From Octopus vulgaris (taxonomy: Eukaryota), in assembly GCA_951406725.2 (NCBI GenBank), contig OX597816.1, positions 155,496,001 through 155,560,000 on the forward strand: a stretch of DNA of 64,000 nt, in the 5' to 3' direction. Each line of letters opens with the position of its first letter. Position 1 is the first letter of the stretch. The notes beneath the pieces were generated by a model. That model saw only the letters and a program-made list of their open reading frames with translations. It had not been told where the DNA came from and did no database searches. Positions 1 through 13,435 of the stretch are shown here, piece by piece. Position numbers and translations under genes: made by a program.

Positions 1-22
1 TTTACATACTGGATAAAATGAT

Positions 23-59
<37 letters not shown>

Positions 60-208
60 CTGGAGTGTATAAGTGAATGGGAAACAACAATAGAAAAAAG
101 CACTCAACACATAATTACATATAACATTATTTAAAACAGTTTGATTCAGTTCTATGCAACTTAAGTTTCACAGGCTTCTTACTGATACCTAGCTTGTTTA
201 GGCCTCAG

Positions 209-255
<47 letters not shown>

Positions 256-486
256 ATATATATATATAATGGAATAATTACTATGAAGCAGTGTAGAATA
301 TATTGTATAAAGGATCAAGGGAAAAGCCAAAACAATGTGAAGTAAATGCAAGGTAAATCACAAGAAAACAAATATATGAATTCATGTAGACTTACTTTGT
401 ATTCAATACTTCGGGATTATGACCCTATTTTCAAGAAAATAAACGAATGTTGCCAATGTGCATGTGTGTGAGCATGTGTGGAGCGG

Positions 487-575
487 ACATGACAATCTGG
501 CGATATGAAGTTCTTGGGAAGACCCACCCATCTCAGCAAAACTGAGTTCTAGATCCACTGTCTATGCACATTTAC
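487..575 (+). mobile_element. Short 3'-end fragment of an RTE-clade LINE
   Basis: ATGACAATCTGGCGATATGAAGTTCTTGGGAAGACCC closely matches the ORF2 end of the RTE fragment at 3910-3980. Confidence 0.6.
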
Positions 576-639
576 AAGGTTGTTTAATTTCATTTTTGTT
601 TCCCAATATAATGTTTGTTCCTCCAGACGTGGTTCTCAT

Positions 640-3350
640 AAAGAGCATGTGCCCTATCGAAGGGAAACAACTCTAACAGACCTAAAGTCCCAAAAACCGA
701 GAAAAGACAAATATTTCACCAAAATATAATTAAAAATAAAGAAACCCAACCAACACGCTGAGATAAAAATAACCATAGAAAAACCGATAAATACTCTTCT
801 TTAACCCAAAGTAACCATAATCCCCAACAAAAATATCGAAGATTCAATAACTAGACCAACCACTCAGAATTGAAATATGATAATGATAACAATTTCATCA
901 ATAATAATAATAATAATAATAATAATACCTCACAAAAAAAGAAACCTTTTTTAGGATATGCAAATTCAAAACAGACACAGAACAGAAGCCTAAGGATACA
1001 GGATATAGATGGGATTTTGAAAGAAATAAAGAGAAAACTGATATACAAGTAATAAATATTTCAGAAAGAAACCTCAAGGAAAGCAAAGTTAACCTTCTAA
1101 AATATGGACTCAAATTTACACCAATCCTGCAATACAACACTATAGATCTTATTAAAGACACAGAAGAATTTTGCAGAAAACTCTGCCTTGAAGATTTCTT
1201 TCTGTGAAGAACCGGACAAGCTTTATACCACTAGTAAACAAAAACAGATACTTTGAGGAATATATAATGTATCTGCAAAGATCTGCAAAATCCAATATCA
1301 CAATGGGCCATACAATATCAAACGTTACACATGAAGAAAAAGAAGCTTTGGAATCTTTACAAAAAGATCACTCAATAATTATTAAAGAAGTGGACAAAGG
1401 AGGGGCAATTGTCATAATGGACAAACTCCATTACAGAGAAATGGTCCTTGAGCACCTGAATGTCCAACACTTCTACAAAAAGATTAGAAAATAATCTAGA
1501 TAGGTATACATCAAATACGATTAGTAAACTTACAAACACATATAAAGATGAACTTACAAAAAATGAGTTAGATTACCTTACTAAGTTTGAAGTAAAAACC
1601 TATAACTTCTATGGTCTTCTGAAAATCTACGAGTCTAAAGAAATCAAGCACTGTTTGGAGGACATCCAGACTTCATATATAAAATTCCCAGACCATCTGA
1701 TCTTAAATTTAGACCAATTGTAGCAGGACCAGCATCAAGCACACAAAGACTAAACAACTTGCTTGACACAATTCTAAAACCCTTATGTAAATTGGTCCCT
1801 AGTTTTATTAGAGATGATATGAATTTCCTAAACCACATTCCAAAAAGAGTGAACAAAGAAACCATATTAGTCAGTTTTGATGTAGTCAGCCTCTACACCA
1901 ATACCTCCCATAACTTAGGATGAGAACCAGTAGAGTTCTGGATACACAAACACCCACAAGGAATCCAAGAAAGATTTTCTAAGGAGTTCATACTTGAAGG
2001 GCTACAGTTAGTACTAGAAAATAACTACTTCTTTTTTAACAACTAATACAGCCTACAATTACATGGGACTGCAATAGATACCACGGTAGCACCTACACTT
2101 GCCACACTAGTAATGGGATATTTGGAAGAAAAAATCTACAGCTTATCTCAGATTTCTTTTCGCCAAAACTTCCACTCATACCTAGTGGGAAACTGGAAAA
2201 GATACTTATATTCTGGAATAGAAGTAAGGAAGACCTTTATATTGTTTTGAAATAATAAACAGCATCCATGGATCAATCCAATTTACTATGGAAATGAATG
2301 AAAGGGAACTCCCCTTCCTAGATATCTTAGTAATTAAAGAGAATGAGATTATAACAACTGACCTTTATTACAAAAATAGACACACACCAATATTTAGACT
2401 TTAGATCTTGCCATCCATCCCATTCAAAAATGAATATACACTTTAATATGGCAAGATGAATATATACAGTAGTTTTGGAGACAAACAGAAGAAAAAGACG
2501 ACTTACAGAACTTAACTTGTTCCTTAAAAAACAAAAATACCCCAACAAACTAATAGACCAAGTGATAACTGGAGCTAAAAATATTCAAATCTCTACACTA
2601 AGAATAAAAAAATCACATACTGAGGATAAAAAGAAAAATGAACATAAAAATATCCTATTTGTTATCACTCACAATCTCAAGAACAACGATATTCTACAAA
2701 CAGGAACAACAAATAATCAACAGCCAAAGGCAACCACCAAATCTTAAGAAACTTCTAACCAAAGCAAGATTCATATCAGAGGAAGAAATGATGCAAGTTA
2801 CCAAATGTGGGGACCCCTGATGTGGAACATGTGATTTAATACAACAGGGACCAGCCAAAAAATTCAAGAATGGAAAAGAATTAAAGGCGAATGCAATTAT
2901 GAACTGCAAAAGCAAAAACATGCCCACAATGCAATGAACATTATATTGGGGAAACAAAAATGAAATTAAGCACCCATGTAAATGTGCATAGACATCAAAT
3001 AAAACATCCCTCACTTAGATGCATACTATGTAGTAATCATTTGGACACCTGTGCACAAGGAAAATTTACAATTTTCCCTCTTCATAAAATAAATGAAGAG
3101 AACAACCTTCTCTGGAAGGCAAAAGAAGAATATTTCATAAGATTTCTGAGTTTGAAACTAAACTGGACATAGTCAACAACAATTTTTCTGAAAACAACTT
3201 TCACTATATATAATAACACATGCTTGAAAATGTTAAGAACTGAAAGTGCTTGCACATTTATAAAAGCAAAGCCTACACACATTTTGTGAAATCTCTTCCC
3301 AAAAGTTAGTGTCTTTTGACTTTCTAAAAAGGTTCTTTTCTCAACCTTAA
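640..3350 (+). mobile_element. Degenerate Penelope-like retroelement (RT + GIY-YIG)
   Basis: Fragmented ORFs with PLE motifs: IIIKEVDKGGAIVIMD, FYGLLKI, VSFDVVSLYTN (~1872), LPFLDILV and TDLYYK (~2310-2370), SQRQPPNLKKLL, and a GIY-YIG-like YIGET near 2945; many stops and frameshifts; outer limits approximate. Confidence 0.85.
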
Positions 3351-3371
3351 CATATATATATATATATATAT

Positions 3372-3581
3372 GGGTGGTGGGGTGCTGAAAAATTCCTGAC
3401 TTTGGGTAATGGATGATCAGTTAATTATAATTTTATTCAACATATTCCCCCTCTCACATTTACACACTTATTTGGCAGCCTTCAGTTTTTCTAAATTCTG
3501 TAAAGAAACATGCAAGCTTGGGCCTCCAGTAACACCTTTTGCAATACCTTAAAGCCAGGAACTTTTCAACATCCTCTTGTA
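3372..3581. mobile_element. Mariner-type MITE (~210 bp)
   Basis: Imperfect TIRs GGGGTGCTGAAAAATTCCTGACTTT and AAAGCCAGGAACTTTTCAACATCCTCTTGTA in a TA context. Confidence 0.7.
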
Positions 3582-3990
3582 GGGTAGTGAGACATGGGCT
3601 CTGGATACCAAAGACATGCGAAGACTGGAGAGAAATGAAGGCTGTGTGCTCTGCTGGATGTGCAACATTAGTGTGCATGTACGACCAAGAGCAAATGTGC
3701 TGAGAAAAGTTGAGCATAAGAAGAATCACATGCAGCATACAAGAGAGAAGGCAGCATTGGTTTGAACATGTGATGCGTATGAATGAAGACAGCTGTATAA
3801 AGAAGTGTCGATCACTGACAGTGGAGGGTACCTGTGGAAGAGAGAGACCCAGGAAGACATGGAATGAAGTGGAAAGGACCAATCTCAAGATGTTGGGCCT
3901 CACAGAAGAAATGACAATCTGGTGATATGAAGTTCTTGAGAAGACCCATGTCAGCGAAACTGAATTCTAGAAGCACTGTGTATTCCACCC
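3582..3990 (+). mobile_element. RTE LINE 3' fragment
   Basis: IQERRQHWFEHVMRMNEDSCIKKCRSLTVEGTCGRERPRKTW, homologous to the RTE ORF2 C-terminus at 32018-32482. Confidence 0.85.
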
Positions 3991-5639
3991 ACTTGTAACA
4001 ATAAAACTTTTCACACATACTATCCCAACAAACCAAACATCTCTTCTCTTCCTCACATCTCCTTCATGCTCTATGTTTATCTCTCACTCCCCAATCCTGT
4101 CCTCATAGCTCTGTTCACTGTATAATTGCTATCCAGTATCTCCCCACTCATTATGTTGATTGAATCAGAGAATTAGAATAAGTGTGCAGGTGTCTGTGAA
4201 ATATTCAAGCATTAATTTCCTCAGCAGGTATTCAGTTTATGAAATACATGAATGCTAACATGTAACATTGATAAGGCATCCACTGATATTGTTTATATTT
4301 TTAAAACTGTACTTTTCACAATATGTACTTTTCACACATCCTACCCAAACAAACCAAACTATATCTTTTCTCTTCCTCACATCTCCTCCTTCGTGTTCTG
4401 TTTCTCATAAGATATATACCCAGGTTTTTTCCACTCACTACATTTCCTCCTTCACTCTCTACTCATGCTTCTTTGGCAATACCGTACCACCCATATTATG
4501 ACCTCCATACCTCAAGGGTATATCCTGACACTTGCCAGCATCTCTCTCTCTCTTTTCTTTTACTCGACCATCCCATGTATATTCTGACTACTCGACCACC
4601 TCATTTATATTCTGATCCCTGTCTCTTGTACATATGCCTGGCATTTTGCCACCATCACTCTTCTGTTCTGTCTTGCATGCCTGTTGTCTCCCACTCTCTC
4701 TCTCCTTCTGCTGCTCTTTCCTCGGGCTGGGTAACCATGTATCTCCTTTATAGCAGCACGCCATTCCTGATCTTTCTCTCTCCACCCCCTCCAAGTAACC
4801 TTGTACCTCCCCTACATTCTCTTTCTGTGTCTCACTATTACCTGTCATCATCTATCACAAGAAGATTGGAAGAAAGGCAAGAATATTTGACTAGATGCCT
4901 TGTGGTACTTATTCCATCTCTTTATGTTCTGGGTTCAAGTCCTGTCATGACTTACTTTGGTGGTAGACTTAATCTATCACCTGATCTAACATCACTCAGC
5001 TGCAAGTCTTCAGGCAAGGTTTCCAGTTTAAGGATGCATTCCTTTCTCCCACCACCCATCTAGTTTTAAAGGTCCCACAAAGGGCCGTGAGTTGTGCCTT
5101 CTTTTCTGACTGAAAGATAAAAAAAATTAAAAGAACTAAGTGTGATAGTGTTTAAGCTAGACTTCTAAATACAATATCATGTTAAAATATATATTACTTA
5201 GTAATTACACTTTGCACCACACAACATGTAACAGATATTACACTTAATAGATTTAATGTGTGTGGGAATATATAACCTTGATGTGGAGATTTGTTTGATC
5301 TAAAGGAAACCATTGATTGATGGGTTAGAATGCTATAACCAATGATACTTTTGATCACAAGTACATGGCATAAAAAAATTGAGATACATTATTATAAACT
5401 ATTGAAATTTCTATTCTCAACTGAATCTAACAGACTGAGATTAGTTGATTCATGCTCTTCATAATCAAAGCATATAGCATAATACATTATATAAGTGTAT
5501 TATGTTATATTAAATGTTTGCCCAAGAGGTTCCCTAGAAGTAGCAGATAATTTTTGTTACTTAGTGGAGGTGGACGTTTTGAAAATATAGTTGATTGAAT
5601 AAAAACTGTCTGGAAAAAGATCAGAGAGCTATAACTTCT

Positions 5640-6060
5640 ACTGTTAACAAAGGGTATCTCTTTCTGTGAAAGGCAGGTTGTACAATACTTGTGTATAAAT
5701 AGTAATGTTTCAGAATAGTGAGACATGGTGTTTGAATGCAGAAGATATGAGAAGACTTGAAAGATAGGAAACATCAATGTGCATGTATGACAAAATGCAA
5801 ATGTATTGAGAGACAAACTGGACATAGAGAAGTTAGTTACAAAGTTTAAAAGAGAAGACTGTGTTTGGTACGGTCATGTGATATGTACGGATGAGAACAA
5901 CAGTATAAAGAAGTTGTAATCACCAAACATGAATGGAACCTTTGGAAGAGGGAGACCCAGGAAGACAAAAATTGAAGTAATGTAGACCAAACTCCGGATG
6001 TTGAGCCTCACCAAGGACTGAGATGATTAGCAATTTGCTGAAGAATACTCACCTGTCTCA
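5640..6060 (+). mobile_element. Old RTE LINE 3' remnant
   Basis: Degenerate similarity to 32018-32482 (TGGTACGGTCATGTG = WYGHV; GGAAGAGGGAGACCCAGGAAGACA = GRGRPRKT). Confidence 0.7.
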
Positions 6061-7307
6061 ACAAAAATAAGATCTTATATGCTAAGTTGTTCATGTCATT
6101 ACTCTACACCCATTCTGTCTTTGTCAAGCCTTCCCAAATCTTATCTTCCTAACGTCTATCCTTCCTCTAATTATGGCATTAGTTACTCAGCTGCTGTAAT
6201 TATGACAGCAGAATTGCACATATTTCACCCACCTTAGTGCTTTCTTTTATCAATTCCTTCTCACATGAAAATCTACTGAACACTCCTTTCTCCAGAGCTT
6301 ATCTTATGACTGCCACACCTCATCTTTAATATACTCTCATAACTTCTATCATTCTCAACTCTCCTCTCATATCTGCCATCAACAGATCCACCCCACCTTT
6401 GTTCATCACTCCTATGTACTTCTGACTTCCACTGTGTCTCCCCCTATACTTTTTCTCACTTTCTACATCATCTCTGTAGTCCTCATCTGTCTATGATTGT
6501 TATTACTTCTCTTCAACCCATCTTTCTTGTACTGAAACGTATCACCACCACCTCCTTGACTCAATCCTATTTCCTTCACTGCCACCCCATCAAAAGATGA
6601 TAGTCACCATCAAACATCCCTCCATCCTCATTTGCCACTCATTACATTCACCTCTATCCATCTCTCACTCTCCTTTCAAACCTACCCAAACGTCCTGATT
6701 TTCTATCTCCATTCTCTTTTATACACATCTTCTTGTACCTTGAGGATACCCTGACATTCTGTCATTGCTATTTTTATATCTCTTTCCAGCTGGAGTAGCC
6801 ATGTGTCTCTTTTACAGCATAACACCTGTTCTTCTTCCTATTCCTTATTTTAGTCTCCCAAAAACTAGCATAAACCAACCACCCTCTCTGCTACAACCCC
6901 ATTCAGTCAAGAAAGCTTATCTTGAGAGTAACCTGATGACCTCAATAATGATGGTGACATTAAAAAAAAAAAGGCACCCAATATACTCTGTAAAATAGCT
7001 GGCATTAGGAAGGGTGTTCAACCATAGAAAATATGACAAAGCAGATATTGAATCCTGTCGAATCTTCTAATCCATGCCAGCAAGGCAGGTAAACATTAGA
7101 TGATAATGATGATGAAATATACACATACACACACATATATAGGCATGATTTTGTTGTTAAGAAGCTTGCTTCCAAACCATGTGGTTATCAGATTCAGTCC
7201 TATGGCATGGCACTCTAGGGAAGTGTATTCTGCTATAGACTAGGTCTACCTAAGTCTTGTGACTACCACCTGAGAGCCTTTCATAGGCACATTAATAAAA
7301 TATATGC

Positions 7308-7515
7308 AGAGAGCTGGCAGAATCATTAACATGCCAGGCAAAATGCTTAGCAGTATTTCATCTGTCTTTACATTCTGAGTTTAAATTCCACCAAGGTCGA
7401 CTTTGCATTTCATCCTTTTGGGGGTTGATAAATTAAGTACCAGTGAAACACTGGGGTCGATGTAATAGACTAGCCTCTTCCTGCACAATTTCAGGCCTTG
7501 CACCTATAGTAGCAA
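7308..7515 (+). mobile_element. tRNA-derived SINE, family A (CpG-decayed copy)
   Basis: GAGCTGGCAGAATCATTAAC head, B-box-like GAGTTTAAATTCC and body GGTCGACTTTGCATTTCATCC shared with many copies in the window. Confidence 0.8.
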
Positions 7516-7799
7516 CGATAACAAATAAAATATTCAATGAAGAAAAATGGAATGTGAAGTCTGGCTGTAAAATTAATAACCCAGGTATGTCTTTGTGACT
7601 GAGAAGTTCACTTCCAAATCACAATTTTCAAGTTCAGCTTCCCCTGTGTGGCCACCTTGAGCAAGTTTCTTCAACTAGTGCCCCAGATCAACCAAATCCT
7701 TGTAAGTGGATTTGCCAGCATTAAACTAATGATGATGAACCAAATCTTCATATCACATCCTGTTTCTCAAGTATGGGAACAACTGTTCATAATCCTGGC

Positions 7800-8086
7800 A
7801 ATTTTTATTTTATAAATAAAGTAAAAAAGAACAGAAACGATGTGTTTAATTTTTGAATTTTATTTTATATAAAATATTCATCGAATTCTTTGCAGTTGGC
7901 TTTTTTTCAAAATTCCTTTATTTTTATATATTAACACTTTTTTTCTTCATTAAAAGTACTCTGTAAACAGTTACAAATCAGAGTTTTCATAAGTTTTTAT
8001 AAGGTACAAAAATACATAGTCACAAAAACAGCATAAATAAATTAATTGAAATATAATTATATTCATTGCAGTTCTCGTAATATTCT
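7800..8086 (-). other. Putative 3' UTR of the WBP1/VOPP1-like gene
   Basis: AT-rich sequence after the TAA at 8089-8087; minus-strand AATAAA hexamers near 7920, 7860 and 7805; true end unknown. Confidence 0.5.
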
Positions 8087-8113
8087 TTAATTTGGAGTAT
8101 AGGGTGGTGCATG
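8087..8113 (-). CDS. WBP1/VOPP1/Shisa-like protein, last coding exon (HAPPYTPN*)
   Basis: Strong acceptor TTTCTTTTCTACTTTCCTTCTTTTATTATATTTCAG, phase 0 matching the exon-4 donor, then CAT GCA CCA CCC TAT ACT CCA AAT TAA. Confidence 0.75.
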   Translation of the reverse strand, partial: HAPPYTPN

Positions 8114-9035
8114 CTGAAATATAATAAAAGAAGGAAAGTAGAAAAGAAATGAGATAAATACACATGTAGTATCTTTGCAATGTAACCCTAATTCACAATT
8201 TATTAATAAAGTCATAAATATTTGACCCAAAAACTTAACCCCAAATTTTTCTCCATTAAATTGATCTAGCGTACATTTGAATCAGTATGAGGTGATGGTT
8301 GTTGCTAGGCCTAACTCAATGCAAAGCAAATACCATCATGAACGATACCTAGGCTACAGTGGAAAAGGCAAGCCACTGGATTTGGTTAAAAAGAGACAAT
8401 GAGCAAAGCTAGAAGAATATTGAGTAAAGTCTAGTAACCAGCTGATCTAGCATGTGAGGTCTTACCTCAGTGAGGAATAAGGAGAGGTAGTGTGCAATAA
8501 TGCCATTGAGAGAAGGCCCTAAAATGGCATGCATTCTCACCTTATGAACTCATAAGCCTGCTAGCATGGAGCATTTAACTAGCAGCCCTTGTATCTGCAA
8601 GTTGGCAGCAAATAATTTATTGGAGTGTATATTTCTATAGAATTTATTTTTCTGTTTAAACTTCATCATATACATTGAATATATCTTGGTTGGGTATTTA
8701 GCATCAAAGTAAATGACTAAGACAGAATTTCTTAAAGTGAGTTAAGTATGATTGTTCCACCTGCTAAAAATAGCAGTTAAACTTCCCTCATATCATATCC
8801 TTTCCTCTTTTCAGGATGAGCATTAGCTGCACTAAGGTCATCAGTCTAAAATGCTTTCATGACAGTCAAACACATACCCCTCCTCTAATGTATTAGAAAC
8901 ACACATGATGTTAAAAGTTCACTTCATAGTCACAAGTTAACTCAATCTGACTGCATGGTTTCTTGGTCAAGTTCTGCTCCAGCCTTGAAGAATACTTTCA
9001 GCTATCTGAGTCCTTATGCATTTGTTTTAACTTGT

Positions 9036-9254
9036 TTAATCTTTTAGCATCTAAACTGGCAATTTCAGGCTCAAATATTGCAGATGTTCTACATTCCAGC
9101 TGACCAAATTTGGCCTCTCATACCTACCATGAAATGTCTAAAATATACTATCACATCATTGAAATTTAGAGGCAATGAGATAATGCATGATTAAGTCAAA
9201 CCAATTTCAATAAGCATTATGCTTGACAAAATAATCTGACTGCTAAAGAATTAA
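9036..9254. mobile_element. piggyBac-type MITE (older copy)
   Basis: TTAA-TCTTTTAGCAT ... TGCTAAAGAA-TTAA; internally homologous to 25592-25814. Confidence 0.7.
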
Positions 9255-9494
9255 AACTTAGTGTTTATGTCCTGTAATGGGAATCAACAGATTGATAACT
9301 AAGTACCAAACTAAAATAAGTACTTGGAGTTCTTAACTGAATTCTTGATAGTAGTGTCCCAACATGACCAATGTGGAAAGAAGATATAAACCTTATACCA
9401 GAAACAAGTTCTCTTTACATTGATGTACTGCTCAAACACCTGGTTACTGTTCCTCAAATGGGTACATCTTAGCACAGCTATTTTGGGGAACTAC

Positions 9495-9550
9495 TTAAAT
9501 ACAGAGGTCCTGTAGGGTTAGGGTTAGTCATTAGGGACCTCTGTATTTAA
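9495..9550. repeat. Perfect 16-bp inverted repeat enclosing TTAGGG-type repeats
   Basis: TTAAATACAGAGGTCC - TGTAGGGTTAGGGTTAGTCATTAG - GGACCTCTGTATTTAA. Confidence 0.85.
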
Positions 9551-9744
9551 TACTCATTTTGGTATTGCTTATTTGGTGTTACTGAGTCAACCCTGACTTA
9601 TTTGCCATCAGAAATTTTTGTTTCTCTTGTTCTCTCCTGCTTCCTCCTCTCTTTGTGAGCATAATTCTCTTGTGTGTGAGAAGGAAAGTCTATATCAATG
9701 ATGTTCAATTAATCTTGCCCAGGATATCAATCGTCTGGAAACTG

Positions 9745-9940
9745 TTCAGCGATGTGCAACCAAGAGAATACCCTCCATTAGGCATTTGCCATATTCTGAA
9801 TGCCTTACTTCCCTGGCATGGATACATTGAAACTCCGACATCTGACTTGGCAGACACCCATAAAATTATTAACCATCTTACTAACATTAACTCTGAGCAC
9901 CTTTTCAAACTCCACCTGTCTAACACCATGGACATATTTA
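9745..9940 (+). mobile_element. CR1/L2-type LINE 3' remnant
   Basis: DTLKLR and DLADTHKIINHLTNINSEHLFKL resemble CR1-type ORF2 C-terminal motifs. Confidence 0.55.
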
Positions 9941-11627
9941 CAAAGTCAGATGTACATTACTGCATATGCTTTATATGCACTTTTGACAAGTTGTGGTGCA
10001 CCTGAGTACTGTTACAATAATTTCATTATCATTATTATAAATAAAAATGTTTCTCTCAACCTTTCACTCTCACTCTCTTTATTCATATATTTCCACATGT
10101 TCTCATGCACTTGCCTCCACTGCCAAAAGTACTAGTCACCAAATCAGGTTGAGTGTCTAGTCATCTGCAGTAAATCATCTCATTTCATACCAATATACAC
10201 ACATTCAAAACAAAACAGCCATCTAACTCACAGGCAAACAGTCATTCAATTACACTTCAACCACATGCCATACTCACATTGTATCCGCTCCAAAGTCTAA
10301 CTGTTACCACAATGATATTTTTCTATGTATGCAAGCTGCTTATTACCACCACTGAAGGAGCCTCTAACAAGCACTTGACCTACAAACATGAACTGAACCC
10401 TCATATCTTAGGGATTAATCTATCTATAAGATGACCTGTTGCATATCATGGTCATTGAAACTGTGTTTCAATTATATAATACCTGCAATTTTGTCACAAA
10501 TACAGTGCTCTTATATTAAAGCAGTAATTTCTAACTACTACTTGCAAACTTACTCAATGCTCACTAAATGACGCTATTGTTAATTGTCATCTCAAAAGTT
10601 AGAAAAATATGCTAATCTTCAGAAGATTAATCTAGAATTGAATATAGAATTGTTGTTCAGACCCAGTTCTTCTTATCAAACAAGCTAGCTCTCTAGCTAT
10701 GTCCTTCTTGTCTTTTCAATTTGTTTCTTAGATACAGAGTATCCACAAACAATTTAATCAGCATTTTTTTTTAATATGTAGGGGGTGCTTTAAGGGAGAT
10801 TTTTTGCTACTACATCTCAAAGGCTGAGAAATCAAGTTAAGAGCTGCTACAAATGCCTACAACATATGAAAAACAATTTTAAAAAATTTGTTAAGCATCA
10901 AAGCCACTTAACCATCATTTTGATATCTTCCTCCTAACAAAGTAAAGACTAAAATTGGTTTGGACCATTAATCATAAATTTTCATAATGCTAGGTTTTCC
11001 AATATATTTCAATGATCTTTTTCTCACATTGTCTTTCACTGTCCAAAAACTAATTGTAAAGTGTAGTTTATACAGATAAAAAAAATATCTTTCAGTAGAT
11101 AATATACCAGTGTACTACAGGTAACATTTTCAGTGGGAGAAACTGAACTTAATACCAGAAACCAGTAAATCATATCACTGTTAGAGAGAAATATGTATGT
11201 ACAGTTGTGAGAATATATCAATATTCAACACCTCCTCAAGCTAGATGGGGTTGTCCATTGAAAGTGGAGATATTTAACCACACAAACAGCAGAATACTGT
11301 GAAAGAGACAGACTGTGAACCCATGACTTCCTGGTATCCTACCTACCAGCTTAGAGGTTCTCCCTTTGACTTAAAATGACTGTATTTAAATGACCTGCTA
11401 AAAGCAGAAGCAAAATCTCCCTCTATTTATATCCTTTATGTCTTAAGATGAAAGGATATGTAGGGTAATGTAATCCAAGCGACCTGAGAAACACAGAATG
11501 ATCACAGGTGGACTTCATTAGGTCACATGTTCACTATCTGGAAAGACTTAGCAGTTACATATCATCAACACCTTAATCACTTTGTCAGTATGTCCAATCA
11601 GAAAATATAGAAATATGTAAATCTTAC

Positions 11628-11845
11628 CATTTTATAAGGAGGCGGAGCAACAGGATTTATACCTGGTTGTCCTGCGACATTGTAGGCTTGGTAAGGTCCA
11701 ACTACATATGCACCAGGTTGATTTGGTGGCAGACCATATATCCGGGTAGCATGAACAATTCGTTTATTTTTATATCTTCTTTGGTAGCAGAGATAGGAAC
11801 AAGAAATTATTCCGAGAAATATTAAGAACCATACAAACCAAAACC
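11628..11845 (-). CDS. WBP1/VOPP1/Shisa-like protein, exon 4 (TM helix, basic stop-transfer segment, Pro/Tyr-rich tail with PPPY)
   Basis: ATATCTTCAG acceptor and ATG|GTAAGA donor; 218 nt, phase 1-0; reads (W)FWFVWFLIFLGIISCSYLCYQRRYKNKR...NPVAPPPYKM with no stops. Confidence 0.92.
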
Positions 11846-11880
11846 CTGAAGATATAAAAAATAAACCAATAAATTACATT

Positions 11881-12264
11881 TATATTTGTTGCATCTTGGG
11901 GAATGGGGTGGGGTCATATCTGTAATAAACACATGCACTGGTTCTGATTCACTTCTTTATTTTCATTTGTTAATTGATTAACCATTTAACCAATCAATAT
12001 TTCAACTAGGTTTGGCAAAATCTTTATCACCATTCATGATCTCATTAATGAGATACACTCTCTACTCCAGCTCTGCAGGTATATCATTGATGAAGTGATG
12101 GATAGCAATGAAAGGACTTTGACAAACCTAACATGACTGATTGAGTCAGAGAATGATTAATCAAACAACCAATTAGTTAATTGGCTAATAAAAGTAAAGC
12201 GAAATTGTATCAGTGTGTGTGTATTATTGGCATGACAACTCTCCCAAGATATGACAAAAATATA
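11881..12264. mobile_element. Old palindromic (fold-back) MITE
   Basis: Left arm TATATTTGTTGCATCTTGGGGAA...AATAAACACATGCACTGG is the imperfect reverse complement of the right arm CAGTGTGTGTGTATTATT...CTCCCAAGATATGACAAAAATATA; related single arm near 45110-45180. Confidence 0.7.
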
Positions 12265-12475
12265 TTTCAACACAAGCACACATCAAGAAAAACTTGCAAA
12301 CCAATTACATTAATAACTTTCTGAATATTTAATCTTATTTTGTATCATCTTTTAATATATTACAATTTGCTTTATATAAAAATGTCTGATGTCCAAGCCT
12401 ATCTGTATCAACTAGGTTTCAAAATGTAGTGAAGATCATATTCAAAATGATTATAGCCCTGTATTCTCTCTCTCT

Positions 12476-12846
12476 CTTTTACTCTTTTACTTGTTTCAGT
12501 CATTTGACTGCGGCCATGCTGGAGCACCGCCTTTAGTCGAGCAAATCGACCCCGGGACTTATTCTTTGTAAGCCCAGTACTTATTCTATCGGTCTCTTTT
12601 GCCGAACCGCTAAGTGACGGGGATGTAAACACACCAGCATCAGTTGTCAAGCGATGTTGGGGAGACAAACACACACATACATATGACCGGCTTCTTTCAG
12701 TTTCCATCTAACAAATCCACTCACAAGGCTTCGGTCGGCCCGAGGCTATAGTAGAAGAGACTTGCCCAAGGTGTCATGCAGTGGGACTGAACCCGGAACC
12801 ATGTGGTTCGTAAGCAAGCTACTTACCACACAGCCGCTCCTACACC
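12476..12846 (-). mobile_element. tRNA-derived SINE, family B (near full length)
   Basis: Minus strand has A/B-box head (GGCTGTGTGGTAAG, GGTTCAGTCCC), CORE-like CCTTGGGCAAGT motif and (AAAGAGT)-type tail. Confidence 0.9.
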
Positions 12847-13214
12847 TTATAACACTATCATTTTATATCCAACTTTTCCATACTCATGTGGGTTGAATCC
12901 TCATTTCCCCTTACAAGATTTTGGTGGACTCAGGGCTATAGTAGAAGACACTTGTCCAAGGTACTGCCAGCCATGCCTATATTTCAATGATGCAGAAATG
13001 ATTCAAACAAAACCACATTATCTATCTATTCAACAAATATATACTCCAAATCCTGTTACCATTGTATCTATTCCTCAGACTCAATATTCAATGGCCTTTT
13101 CTTAACATCACAATGACATCACTTGATCATGGCTAGATCTTCGTTTCTGGGTAAGTGGTTTCAAATCTCATATAAGAAACAAGTTTTCTTCACACTGGTG
13201 CTGAATAAAGCCAC

Positions 13215-13435
13215 CCATGCCAGTGCCACATAAGAAGCACCAATCCCAGCAACATGCAAGAAGCTGGGGCCACATAAAAAGTACCCTATACACTGTGAAA
13301 TGGTTGGCTTTAAGAAGGGCAGCCAGCCATAGAAACCATACCAAACCAGAGTTAGGGCAGCTCTCCAGCTGGTTAGCTCCTGTCAAACCATCCAGTCCAT
13401 GCCAGCATGGAAAATGGATGTTAAATGGTGATGGT
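13215..13435 (+). mobile_element. RTE 3' UTR-derived short copy
   Basis: Diverged match to 32760-33020, ending TAAATGGTGATGG. Confidence 0.7.

Noticed and set aside
4323-5063. 246-aa ORF
   Set aside because: Low-complexity translation of pyrimidine-rich repeat-derived DNA; no motif or splice support
11108-11177. Possible extra exon in intron 4 (acceptor CTCTCTAACAG)
   Set aside because: Begins with TGA in the required phase and has a weak donor; the 8113 acceptor is stronger and yields a PY-like motif
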